NCBI GenBank assembly: GCA_017630155.1
Contig: JAGBVU010000005.1
Location: 144,342-208,341, forward strand
Length of the DNA: 64,000 bases
Direction of reading: 5' to 3'
Source of the DNA: Bacteroidales bacterium
GTDB lineage: Bacteria > Bacteroidota > Bacteroidia > Bacteroidales > UBA932
Shown: piece after piece, positions 19,795 through 28,580 of the stretch
Layout: every line of letters begins with the position of its first letter
Position numbering within the stretch: the first letter of the stretch is position 1
Program-made: the position numbers and the translations under genes
The notes under the pieces: model-generated
Told to the model about the DNA's origin: nothing
Database searches by the model: none
Seen by the model: the letters and a program-made list of their open reading frames with translations, nothing else

Positions 19795-19806
19795 ATTCAG
19801 ATCTTT

Positions 19807-20877
19807 TTAGAAGCATTTGATCCCAGATGGGAGCTCTGGCTTCATTATGTCTTTGCTGTTGAGCCCCTTGTATTTTTCTTCAGGACTGTATTCTATCCCT
19901 ATCTTGTCCAGTAGTGGCTCCACTGCCACCTGATGGAGCTGGAGACCTAAGTCCCATGGGTCATAGCCCAATACCAGCCCAGCTACCTCTTCATATGTGA
20001 AGACAGGTATTCCGAAGCCGTTCTGGCCGTATGTTTTCCCCTCCATCTCAGCTATAACATATTGCCATCTGTCGAGGAAGTATGGGCATCCGGGACAATT
20101 GGTGATAATCATGTCGGGTTTGTACGGGGCCATCGACTCGAATTTCTTGTGGGTATTTGAGAGGGAGTAGCCCCTGTTGGCCTTGACGTGGTATTGTCTG
20201 AATCCGTAGCCGCAGCAGTGCCTCCTCTCGGGGTAGTCGATAATATTGCCGCCCCATGACTCTATCATACCTGTCAGGACGTATGGGTACTCAGCCCCAC
20301 CCACACCCTTTGAAGGGAACATCTTCGAGTAGTGGCAGCCTATGTGTTCCACCACGCGGAGAGGTTCTCCGGTCTCTTTGTTGACAAGGTGAAATTTTGC
20401 CTTCTCTGCTATCTCGTTGCGGAACTTGAATATAAGGTCGCTCGAGTGGGCGAGGTATTTGGGCTTCTTGAACTCCTTGCGGCAAGATTTCCAAAGCATC
20501 TCCCTTATCTTGGCTTCCAGCTCGGGGAACTCGTGCCAGGTCTCAAGTATTTCAGTGTAGTTTCCAAATGAGGTGATGCAAGAGGCGACATAGTTCTCAT
20601 AACCCGCCTCAGTCATCAGAGCGAACTGCCTGGCCACTATGGTCATAGCGGTCTCCTGCGGAATGGTGTCGCAGTGGTATGCTATACCTCCACAGGTGGT
20701 GTGGTGTTCATTTTCATATATATCCTTACCAAGGACATTCCTGCAAATCTCCATAAACATCTTCTCCGAAGCGGGGAAGAAATTCTGGCGGATACAGCTC
20801 CGTACATAGTACCAGTTGTCGTCAGGAATCTCCTTCTGGTAGTCGCTCCATATTTTCTGTTTCCCTTGATAAATCAT
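19807..20877 (-). CDS. HdrB-like CCG-domain protein
   Basis: C-terminal CCG domain (GCHYS...HCCGYG...NCPGC) and a degenerate N-terminal copy (TCGG). Confidence 0.75.
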   Translation of the reverse strand: MIYQGKQKIWSDYQKEIPDDNWYYVRSCIRQNFFPASEKMFMEICRNVLGKDIYENEHHTTCGGIAYHCDTIPQETAMTIVARQFALMTEAGYENYVASCITSFGNYTEILETWHEFPELEAKIREMLWKSCRKEFKKPKYLAHSSDLIFKFRNEIAEKAKFHLVNKETGEPLRVVEHIGCHYSKMFPSKGVGGAEYPYVLTGMIESWGGNIIDYPERRHCCGYGFRQYHVKANRGYSLSNTHKKFESMAPYKPDMIITNCPGCPYFLDRWQYVIAEMEGKTYGQNGFGIPVFTYEEVAGLVLGYDPWDLGLQLHQVAVEPLLDKIGIEYSPEEKYKGLNSKDIMKPELPSGIKCF

Positions 20878-20879
20878 AC

Positions 20880-21578
20880 TCAGTCGTTGTTGAAATGCTC
20901 ATTTGAGCAGTGTTCGAATGTGTGTCTGAAGTACTCTTCCATATCCATCCCCATCTCCTCTGCCTTGGCCCTTGAATATCTCTCCACGCACTCCATCCTC
21001 TCGGTGGCCCCTGTGATGTCAAAAATTTTCTTGAGTTCGTCGAGGGACTCCTGTGGTATATCCCTCAATGCCCCCGGACCGGTGCCGTGGAAATTGGCCC
21101 CTTGTCTTGCGTAGCTCTCCTCAAGGTGTTCGGTGTGCCATTTCCATACAGGGCCCGACTCCACATGGTCCTCCCATTTGAAGGTGTCGGGGTGGATGCA
21201 GTAGCCGTATTTGAGGATATTGCCGGTCATTATTTTTGTAAGGGGGTAGAGTTGTCTCCCCTTTTCAGACTCCACGAAGTATCCCAATCTTGCAGAGAGG
21301 TCCCGCAGTGCCATAATGACTAGCCCTGGACCATTCTTCCTCGGGCATCTGGTAAGGCAAGAGAGGCACTCTCCGCAATACCAGATAGTGTCACTTTTCA
21401 GCAGTTTCTCTATCTCCCCGTCATCGCCCCTCTGGATAGTGTCGACTATCTTGCGGGGATCATACTTGTAGAACTCTGCAGCAGGGCAAATGGCCGTGCA
21501 GGTCCCGCAGTTGATGCAGGTCTTCAGACCCTCCTTTATCCTGTAATCCTCTTTTAACAGATCGTATAGTTTTCCCAT
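20880..21578 (-). CDS. HdrC-like 4Fe-4S dicluster protein
   Basis: CINCGTCTAICP and CGECLSCLTRCP motifs. Its size and its position upstream of the HdrB-like gene match HdrC. Confidence 0.75.
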   Translation of the reverse strand: MGKLYDLLKEDYRIKEGLKTCINCGTCTAICPAAEFYKYDPRKIVDTIQRGDDGEIEKLLKSDTIWYCGECLSCLTRCPRKNGPGLVIMALRDLSARLGYFVESEKGRQLYPLTKIMTGNILKYGYCIHPDTFKWEDHVESGPVWKWHTEHLEESYARQGANFHGTGPGALRDIPQESLDELKKIFDITGATERMECVERYSRAKAEEMGMDMEEYFRHTFEHCSNEHFNND

Positions 21579-21587
21579 AATTACCCT

Positions 21588-22373
21588 TTACATAGGTTTG
21601 ATTTTGCGTGCTAGACGGGCACAAACTCCAGGGAGGAACCTTTTGATATGGACCATCAGCAGCTCCTTTCTCCCCACAAGCACCTCACGGCGCCCTTTGG
21701 CGATGGCACGTACAATAATCTGTGCAGCCCTCTCAGCGCTCATTCCACCTTTCTGCCCTGGGTCAAGCACTCCGTGGGGTTTCCCACCCTTGTCAAGTGC
21801 ATAGAGGGATATATTTGTCTGAACCCTCCCCGGACACACGATGGTGACGCCGATTCCGGCATTGTAATACTCTGCTTGCAGCGTCTCGAAAAAGCCGTAG
21901 AGAGCAAATTTGGAGGAGCTGTATCCGCAGCGCAATGGGAAGCCGAAGCGTCCCGCAATAGATGTGGTTACCGCTATTTTGCCCCCTCCACGCTCCACCA
22001 TCCTGGGGAGAATTGCCTTGGCAATGGCTACAGGGGCAAAATAATTGACCTCCATAATCTTGCGAACCATCTCCATAGAGGTATCCTCCACATTGGTCCT
22101 CTGGCTGATCCCTGCATTGAGCATGACAATGTCAATCCCCCCGACAGCATCCCAAGCATTGGCAGTAAGCTCCTCTATCCCCTCGGGATTGCCGAGTTCG
22201 TAGGGGAGGACCACCACCTCAGGTGCTCCGAGGGAGCGGCACTTTTGCGCTACTGGCTCCAGCCTTTCAGCTGAAGAGGAGGTGAGGACAAGCCTCGCCC
22301 CCTCAGCTGCATATTTGCAGGCGCACGCTGCCCCGATTCCGGAGGATGCGCCTGTAATCCAAACAGATGACAT
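21588..22373 (-). CDS. Short-chain dehydrogenase/reductase (candidate 3-keto reductase of the sulfonolipid/sphingoid pathway)
   Basis: TGASSGIG cofactor motif, NAG, and catalytic YSSSK. Confidence 0.85.
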   Translation of the reverse strand: MSSVWITGASSGIGAACACKYAAEGARLVLTSSSAERLEPVAQKCRSLGAPEVVVLPYELGNPEGIEELTANAWDAVGGIDIVMLNAGISQRTNVEDTSMEMVRKIMEVNYFAPVAIAKAILPRMVERGGGKIAVTTSIAGRFGFPLRCGYSSSKFALYGFFETLQAEYYNAGIGVTIVCPGRVQTNISLYALDKGGKPHGVLDPGQKGGMSAERAAQIIVRAIAKGRREVLVGRKELLMVHIKRFLPGVCARLARKIKPM

Positions 22374-22376
22374 GTC

Positions 22377-23642
22377 TTATTTCAATAGTGCCATATTAGG
22401 CATCTCTTTGTCAAATTCGCCGCGGTCAAGTCTCTCTTTGATGTCGCGGAATGCTGCCAGTGTCCTCTCCACATCCTCCATGCTGTGTGCAGCGGTAGGG
22501 ATGATACGGAAGATTACCATTCCCGGAGGAATTACAGGGTAGATAACTACTGAGCAGAAGATGTGGTACTCCTCGCGAAGAGCTACCGCAATGTTGGAAG
22601 CCTGGTTTACACCCGCTTTCACGTGAACCGGGGTAACGCAAGCCTCAGCAGGTCCTATGTCGAAGCCCATCTCGCGGAAACCCTCCTGAAGACGTCTTGT
22701 CACTTTCCATAGTTTGGCGCGAAGCTCATCACCCTCAGGGCTGTTGATAATCTCAAGTCTCCTCAAGCAACCCTCTACGATAGGCATAGGGAGTGACTTG
22801 GCGTAGATCTGTGAACGCATATTGTATTTGAGATAGTCGATGATATCCCTGTCAGAAGCGACAAAACCTCCGATGATGGCCATCGATTTGGCGTAGGCAC
22901 CGATGTAGATGTCGATCTCATCCATCACACCGAAATGTTCTGATGTACCGCGGCCGTTAGGACCCATTACACCGAAACCGTGGGCATCGTCGATCATGAT
23001 GCGGAAGTTGTATTTCTTCTTCAGGGCAGCTATCTGGTCCAGGATACCGAGGGCACCTGTCATGCCGAATACACCCTCAGTGATAAGTAGTACGCCGCCA
23101 CCATTCTTGTCGGCCTCAGCGCAAGCTTTGGCAAGTACGCGGTCGCAATCCTTGATATCGTTGTGGCGGAATTTGTATTTGCTGCCGATGTGGAGACGGA
23201 TACCGTCAAGAAGGCAAGCGTGGTCCTCTGCATCGTATACGATAACATCGTGACGCCCTACAAGTGCGTCGATGGTCGATACAATACCCTGATAACCGAA
23301 GTTGAACTCAAATGCGGCCTCTTTCTTCTCGAACTCAGCCAGACGGCGTTCGAGCTCTTCGTGAAGGTGAGTCTGGCCGGTCATCATACGGCTACCCATA
23401 GGGTAGGCAAGACCCCAGCGTGCAGCTGCTTCAGCGTCGATTTTGCGGATCTCGGGGTGGTTGGCCAGACCGAGATAGTTGTTGAGACTCCAGCAAAGGA
23501 CATCCTGTCCGTTGAACTTCATATAAGGGCCCAATTCACCCTCAAGTCTTGGAAATGCGAAATAACCTTCAGCTTTCTCACGGTATTGGCCGATAGGGCC
23601 ACCTGTAGATTTTCTTATTCTGTCAAAAATGTCAAGTTGCAT
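22377..23642 (-). CDS. Alpha-oxoamine synthase family PLP enzyme (serine palmitoyltransferase / cysteate-fatty-acyltransferase-like)
   Basis: AONS/KBL/SPT family pattern (NNYLGLANHP, DDAHGFG, PLP-Lys in AYAKSM). Substrate (serine versus cysteate) cannot be read from the sequence alone. Confidence 0.8.
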   Translation of the reverse strand: MQLDIFDRIRKSTGGPIGQYREKAEGYFAFPRLEGELGPYMKFNGQDVLCWSLNNYLGLANHPEIRKIDAEAAARWGLAYPMGSRMMTGQTHLHEELERRLAEFEKKEAAFEFNFGYQGIVSTIDALVGRHDVIVYDAEDHACLLDGIRLHIGSKYKFRHNDIKDCDRVLAKACAEADKNGGGVLLITEGVFGMTGALGILDQIAALKKKYNFRIMIDDAHGFGVMGPNGRGTSEHFGVMDEIDIYIGAYAKSMAIIGGFVASDRDIIDYLKYNMRSQIYAKSLPMPIVEGCLRRLEIINSPEGDELRAKLWKVTRRLQEGFREMGFDIGPAEACVTPVHVKAGVNQASNIAVALREEYHIFCSVVIYPVIPPGMVIFRIIPTAAHSMEDVERTLAAFRDIKERLDRGEFDKEMPNMALLK

Positions 23643-23657
23643 AGCTATATGTTTTAT

Positions 23658-24737
23658 TTATTTTACTTTTTCTCTTGATACAAGCCCCATCATCCTGAAA
23701 AGGAATTTAGGGAGCGATTTTTTAGGGTCCCTCTTTTTCATATCGATAAACCATCCGAGTTTTTTGGCCACAGGGACCTTGTGTGTCTCCACAAACTCTA
23801 TAAGTGTGCCGTCAGGATCCTCGATGTAGGTGAAGTGACCCGATGCATCACCCATGTCAAATTGCTCTCCGCCGGGGCAGCTGTCCACTGTGAAAGGGTG
23901 CCCTTTCTCTGCACAGAATTTGCCCAGAGCCTTCATCCCTGTAACATCGAAGCATATCTGGATAAAGCCGGGATCTCCCCAGTAACGACCCTCGTATATC
24001 TTTCGGGGTGTACGTTCCAGTGCCTGGACAAGTTCTATGGTAGAACCTCCGAAGAGTGCGGCAAAAGCACCCTCCCGCTGAGGAGCTTCAAGGATAACAC
24101 GGCGGCACTGTTTGTCAGCCGAGGGGAGGAAGTAGTTTTTACTGAATCTCCCTGTAGTATCGCTCTTAATGGTGGTGTAGCCGAGGACCTCACTATAGAA
24201 ACGGATGGAGGCCTCCATATTTGTCACACCTACCACAGCACCGATCATACCCCCGGTGAGTTTGCCCTCATCGATGAAGACATCGGGGCGTTCCACTATC
24301 TGGAACCAGTTGCCGTAAAGGTCTTTGACATAGAAGCAAGGGGTGCCGTCTGGCAATGTTTCAGGGGTGCTGCAATCTTTCCATTTGGTGGAGATCTCCT
24401 TGTAGAAAGCCTCCACATCGCGGCATTTGAGTTTTGCTGCGAGGACACCCAGATCACCAACCTCTATAGTGAATGGACAAGGTTGGGGTTCCCTTTTTGA
24501 GTATTGCCATATCTCAAAACCGCCGCCGCCCTGAAGGTTTACGGCGATGCAGGCGTGGCGCTGCTGGGGCTGTCCGCCAGTGTAGGGGAGCATCCTCTCC
24601 GCCACTGTATCGTCTTCCAGTATCCTGATATCGACTCCAAACATGTCAATGTACCAGTTCCACGACTTTCTGAAATCGACGGTACCGACACCTATCTGCT
24701 GGATTCCCGAAATCATAAATGACTCCATAATGTTCAA
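23658..24737 (-). CDS. Two-domain VOC (glyoxalase/dioxygenase) superfamily protein
   Basis: Two tandem beta-alpha-beta-beta-beta VOC-like halves (GIQQIGVGTVDF...; GAVVGVTNMEASIRFY...). First gene of the nine-gene operon. Confidence 0.65.
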   Translation of the reverse strand: MNIMESFMISGIQQIGVGTVDFRKSWNWYIDMFGVDIRILEDDTVAERMLPYTGGQPQQRHACIAVNLQGGGGFEIWQYSKREPQPCPFTIEVGDLGVLAAKLKCRDVEAFYKEISTKWKDCSTPETLPDGTPCFYVKDLYGNWFQIVERPDVFIDEGKLTGGMIGAVVGVTNMEASIRFYSEVLGYTTIKSDTTGRFSKNYFLPSADKQCRRVILEAPQREGAFAALFGGSTIELVQALERTPRKIYEGRYWGDPGFIQICFDVTGMKALGKFCAEKGHPFTVDSCPGGEQFDMGDASGHFTYIEDPDGTLIEFVETHKVPVAKKLGWFIDMKKRDPKKSLPKFLFRMMGLVSREKVK

Positions 24738-24802
24738 GTTTTAGATTGGTTTTAGTTCGTTTTAGTAAACGGTTATATAGTAAAAGGTTTTACTATCGAC
24801 TG

Positions 24803-24810
24803 CAAATGTA
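24803..24810 (-). promoter_or_regulatory. -7 box TACATTTG (minus strand) for the nine-gene operon
   Basis: Reverse complement of caaatgta, 66 nt upstream of the VOC start codon. Confidence 0.45.
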
Positions 24811-24866
24811 TGAAAAATTTTTAAAATGGACCTTTTTGTGTGTGAAAAGTGGGTGGCGAGAGGGCA

Positions 24867-24996
24867 GTCGCGACTTCGGAGTTAAGGTTCTTCAGGCGTT
24901 CGCTCCGCTCACTCCCACCACGCCTTACGGCGCGGTCCCCCCGCTATCAAGCGCGTGTGCTTAGGCCTTCAGAACCTTAATCTCCACAGCCGCGAC
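24867..24996. repeat. ~130 bp palindromic (MITE/REP-like) element, copy 1
   Basis: Termini gtcgcgacttcggagttaaggttcttcag ... cttcagaaccttaatctccacagccgcgac pair with each other. The whole element is the reverse complement of 48505..48629, roughly 85-90 percent identical by eye. Confidence 0.85.
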
Positions 24997-25034
24997 AGAA
25001 AAACGCCGAAAGCTGTCATAGGGAGTTCAGCGAT

Positions 25035-25150
25035 CTACACACATGCAAGAAATCAGGCAAAAACTTGCAGGTGTGTAGTAAAAGTCGTCGGAAACTGAGG
25101 TGATTCGGGACACACATGCAAGAAATCTGGCGAAAACTCGTAGGTGTGTG
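25035..25150. repeat. Two tandem ~44 bp hairpin units, 74 bp apart
   Basis: ctacacacatgcaagaaatcaggcaaaaacttgcaggtgtgtag and cacacatgcaagaaatctggcgaaaactcgtaggtgtgtg. Each folds as acacac(a)tgcaag / cttgca(g)gtgtgt. Confidence 0.75.
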
Positions 25151-25234
25151 GTGAAATGTACAGCGACGCACGGGAAATGCCCGATATCTGCTGCGTCAGG
25201 TGGGGGATGACTTATTTTGACTGCTTGACAGGCT

Positions 25235-25717
25235 TTAATCTTTGTGTGATTTGTCCCGTCTCATTTGTCTTGCCAATTCTTTTCCTCTTTCGGTGGCCAT
25301 GCCGCGTGGATCAGGCTGTATACCGCACCTGACCAAATCGAGTCTGTCTGCATCAAAGCATGTATCTATGGTAATATCGCCTGTATGATGACAGACAGTG
25401 TGATGTTTGCATGCATTGTATAGCAGATCAAACTCCTCATCTGTAAGTTCTTTCAGCAGCGTGTCACGAAGTGGTACAAGATTGTGTGCAGCCCGAATCC
25501 CATGATTGATATCCCTGAAATTGTCTCTTCGCCATTTGTCATGAAGATAGGCAAACAGGGTGACAACTCTCAAATTGACCCCTTCTACTGCCAGACGATG
25601 TCCATTGCTCTCCACATTCCTCCAGTGTTCCTTTCCGTGGGTACGGCCCAGCTCCCAGCCGGCAGCTGCAAATTCAATGACGCGTTGGCGTAACTCCTCA
25701 AACTCTTTGTCTTCCAT
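25235..25717 (-). CDS. HD-domain phosphohydrolase superfamily protein
   Basis: H...HD...D pattern (HGKEHW, AYLHDKWRRD, FDADRLD). Confidence 0.65.
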   Translation of the reverse strand: MEDKEFEELRQRVIEFAAAGWELGRTHGKEHWRNVESNGHRLAVEGVNLRVVTLFAYLHDKWRRDNFRDINHGIRAAHNLVPLRDTLLKELTDEEFDLLYNACKHHTVCHHTGDITIDTCFDADRLDLVRCGIQPDPRGMATERGKELARQMRRDKSHKD

Positions 25718-26480
25718 TTTTTATCAAATAGGCGATTAGTAATATTACCAGGCAAAAGATCCATCTCTGCAACATGTTGTGGTTGATGCAAAACAATGGA
25801 AATATGAAAGGTGTGGTGAAGCCGATAAAATCGAAGAATCTGGGAAATTTTTGCAGGAGCTTGTCCCATTGGGCCGATTTGGCCCAACTGAATGCGGCTA
25901 TTAAGATTGCAGCGATGGGAATCAAGTTTGCAAGATCTACTAAAGCACTTACAACATGAACGTTGTCAAAATTGTTCCAGTGTATATTTTTGACAAGTGT
26001 CCCACCAAAAAGCAAAATGAGACCCACCGATGCCAGAACAGCAGATTTCCATCCATCGAGGTTGAGATCCTTTTTGGAAAGTAAGATACCCATGGAGATA
26101 AAGATGCTGGCATAGAGCAGATAGCATATATCGAAAATAATAATATAAAGTGATAAGCACATGAATCTATTCCGCAGCTCCATTATGCCGAAAAGCGTCA
26201 TGAGGATTATATAAAGGATAGAGCCGATAACGCCTAAAGCAATACATTTGTTTTTATATCTGCCGGTAAAACCTTCAGTTTTCCTGTTGCCAATCTGGAT
26301 TCCAAGCCACATAGCCCATAAAGATACGGCAAGTGTACGTGATGAACCATAACATACTCTGAAGATTGGAACAGATATAGCTTGAATCTCCTCTATAAAG
26401 GTACGGAGTAGAGACAGGACAAGAACAAATAGTATAAAGATAAAGACTGAAAGTTTTTGTGACGATCTTTCCATTTTCAT
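25698..26480 (-). CDS. Polytopic membrane protein, unknown function
   Basis: About 8 hydrophobic helices. Overlaps the HD gene start by 20 nt. No recognisable motif. Confidence 0.6.
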   Translation of the reverse strand: MKMERSSQKLSVFIFILFVLVLSLLRTFIEEIQAISVPIFRVCYGSSRTLAVSLWAMWLGIQIGNRKTEGFTGRYKNKCIALGVIGSILYIILMTLFGIMELRNRFMCLSLYIIIFDICYLLYASIFISMGILLSKKDLNLDGWKSAVLASVGLILLFGGTLVKNIHWNNFDNVHVVSALVDLANLIPIAAILIAAFSWAKSAQWDKLLQKFPRFFDFIGFTTPFIFPLFCINHNMLQRWIFCLVILLIAYLIKNGRQRV

Positions 26481-26499
26481 AGTGTTTTAAATAAAAATA

Positions 26500-27234
26500 T
26501 TAACTTCTGCACCCTTCATTGGCGTTTTTTAACTGCAGTTCTTCAAGGAAGTTTTTATCCCTTTCTCCCTTTTCTTGAAGAAGTTTGCCTGCATTGCCCA
26601 TCGTATTGTCCATCGATTTGATAAGTGCTGGTATGAACAGCTCCAGATTCTCTTTGTCTGTGCATAGAGTGGAGGTGTCGCTAACAAAATCGCACCTGTC
26701 ATCGGATATTCCGAAGAAGCATTTGGTCAAAGTGTCTGTGAAGCAGAGCTCCCTCTCGATATCCATATAGAAATCCTGCATGCTATTGTCCATTCCCATT
26801 ACCATTCGAAGTCTCAAAATATTGCATCCCAACTGAGAGGAGCATTCATTGATAAGGCCATAATTGAAATCCTGATACCTGAATACTACCCATGGCCCAT
26901 TTATTCTGACATCTTCATAGCCCAGTTTTATCAGTGCTGACTCCAAGTCTTCTAAAGTGATAATCGAAGTTCCTTTGGAAACCTCTTTTCCAGTATGTTT
27001 CTCTTCTTCAGTACCTTTCTCATCTTGCTTCTTTTTCATTGCCTCCAATTCAGAAAGTCTGTTTACTAGCATGGTGATGTGTACAATAAATCCAATCACA
27101 GCACAGGCGGCAAAAATGGCTATTAATATATAAATGAATGATTCGGTATTGGTAAACCTTGATAGACCAGTTAATAGAATGATAATAGTTATTATCTCGG
27201 CACAAATGGCCGGTATGTGTTTATTCATGTTCAT
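26500..27234 (-). CDS. Membrane-anchored protein, unknown function
   Basis: Two N-terminal TM helices, a charged linker and a ~150 aa soluble Cys-containing domain. No family assigned. Confidence 0.6.
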   Translation of the reverse strand: MNMNKHIPAICAEIITIIILLTGLSRFTNTESFIYILIAIFAACAVIGFIVHITMLVNRLSELEAMKKKQDEKGTEEEKHTGKEVSKGTSIITLEDLESALIKLGYEDVRINGPWVVFRYQDFNYGLINECSSQLGCNILRLRMVMGMDNSMQDFYMDIERELCFTDTLTKCFFGISDDRCDFVSDTSTLCTDKENLELFIPALIKSMDNTMGNAGKLLQEKGERDKNFLEELQLKNANEGCRS

Positions 27235-27238
27235 AATG

Positions 27239-28156
27239 CTATTTTATTTTATATGGTGGCCTTTTTCTCCACACCACATAGCTGGTGTTTTTAGGGAGTC
27301 CTCTACGACCTTTGAGGATATTTTCGTCTCCGAATTTGTGATGGGTCCCATCTTCTGAGACTGCCCATCCGAAAGCATTGGATCCCACCAGATAGATGGC
27401 ATTGTCCACCCCGAGATCCACCAATACCTGTGCAAAGTCGTGGAATGATTCCTGGGTAAGGCTCTCCACTACGAGAATCTCCCCTTTGCGGTCGCAGATG
27501 GCTCTGCGGATGCTTTTACCTTTGGGCTCGTTATCGACCAATAGGCCATTATCTACAAGTGGATATTGCCTGAAGAAATATCCCCCTTTAGCTGTCGATT
27601 CTTCGAACAGAGGTGTGTTCTCGGCCACCCCGATGGAAATTTTGTCATCTATTATTGCGCAGTAGCCACGTTTGGCAAGTCCCCTTGACTTCTGTTCACC
27701 CTTCAAAACAAATGCACCGACAATACCGCCATTGTCTGCACGGACATCTGCAGCCTGTGCAGCAAAAATTATCTCAGGGTCGCTTTTGTCCAGCTTCCCT
27801 AGATGGAGGGTCATCTGCGCATTGTGCGGGATATAGATCCTTAGGGGAATATCATTGATGGTGGTGTCCACTATCTCTGTAAATCCAGCAGCAGTGGAAT
27901 CAATCTCGGAACCGATCCACCCTTTGTCCACCGGCTCCGAAGTAATATATGCCACCTCAGGCTCGAATAGGGCAGGCTCCGGTTCGTAGAGGGTACTTTG
28001 CCTGATTTTTACCAGTACAACGATGAGTATTCCCAGCACAATGATGATTATTGCTGAAATAAGGTATCTCTTCAAATTTGAAGATGGCACCCATTTGGAT
28101 TTGGTGTAGCCTATCACACGTATTTGGTCATCCCTTATATCGTCAAACTCTTTCAT
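27239..28156 (-). CDS. Membrane-anchored protein, possibly phosphodiester glycosidase (DUF2233/NAGPA-like)
   Basis: One TM helix, then a domain whose C-terminal part (VDLGVDNAIYLVGSNAFGW) resembles the LDGGGS region of that family. Confident it is coding; the function call is weak. Confidence 0.5.
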   Translation of the reverse strand: MKEFDDIRDDQIRVIGYTKSKWVPSSNLKRYLISAIIIIVLGILIVVLVKIRQSTLYEPEPALFEPEVAYITSEPVDKGWIGSEIDSTAAGFTEIVDTTINDIPLRIYIPHNAQMTLHLGKLDKSDPEIIFAAQAADVRADNGGIVGAFVLKGEQKSRGLAKRGYCAIIDDKISIGVAENTPLFEESTAKGGYFFRQYPLVDNGLLVDNEPKGKSIRRAICDRKGEILVVESLTQESFHDFAQVLVDLGVDNAIYLVGSNAFGWAVSEDGTHHKFGDENILKGRRGLPKNTSYVVWRKRPPYKIK

Positions 28157-28157
28157 A

Positions 28158-28532
28158 CTATTTGATATCTTCCTCCAAAAGCTCCTTCAACTGCTTGAGT
28201 GCCTCTTTCGATGCCGATACCGAGTGGCTGAATGTGGCATTGTCCGAAAGTATAAGTTTCTGCTTCTGCACATTGATGTAGTAGATGTAGGAGCGATTGA
28301 TAATTAAACTTTTACCGATGCGGATGAATGTATTCCTTTCTGAACCCAACTGTTCGGACATGATCTTCTCGATCTGCCCGAGCTGGAAAGTGAGGACACG
28401 TGTCTCACCATCACTCTGGACTATTGTGGAATAGTTTCCATCCGATGCCACATAAACCACCCGCTCCGGTGCTATTCTCACCAGATCCACTGAGGTTGAT
28501 ATGACAATGTGTTTTTTCATCTTTAATTTCAA
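28158..28532 (-). CDS. Stand-alone LytTR DNA-binding domain protein
   Basis: 124 aa with the LytTR pattern (IAPERVVYVASDGNYSTIV...FIRIGKSLIINRSYI). Its stop is 1 nt from the next gene's start. Confidence 0.8.
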   Translation of the reverse strand: MKLKMKKHIVISTSVDLVRIAPERVVYVASDGNYSTIVQSDGETRVLTFQLGQIEKIMSEQLGSERNTFIRIGKSLIINRSYIYYINVQKQKLILSDNATFSHSVSASKEALKQLKELLEEDIK

Positions 28533-28580
28533 GCAAATTTAAAAATCATTTAACCAAGGAGCAAGGGCGTGAGCTTGCAA

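Noticed and set aside
25035-25150. Possible CRISPR array.
   Set aside because: Only two repeat units are present, the units are themselves long hairpins, the spacing is irregular relative to the third related hairpin, and no cas genes occur in the window.
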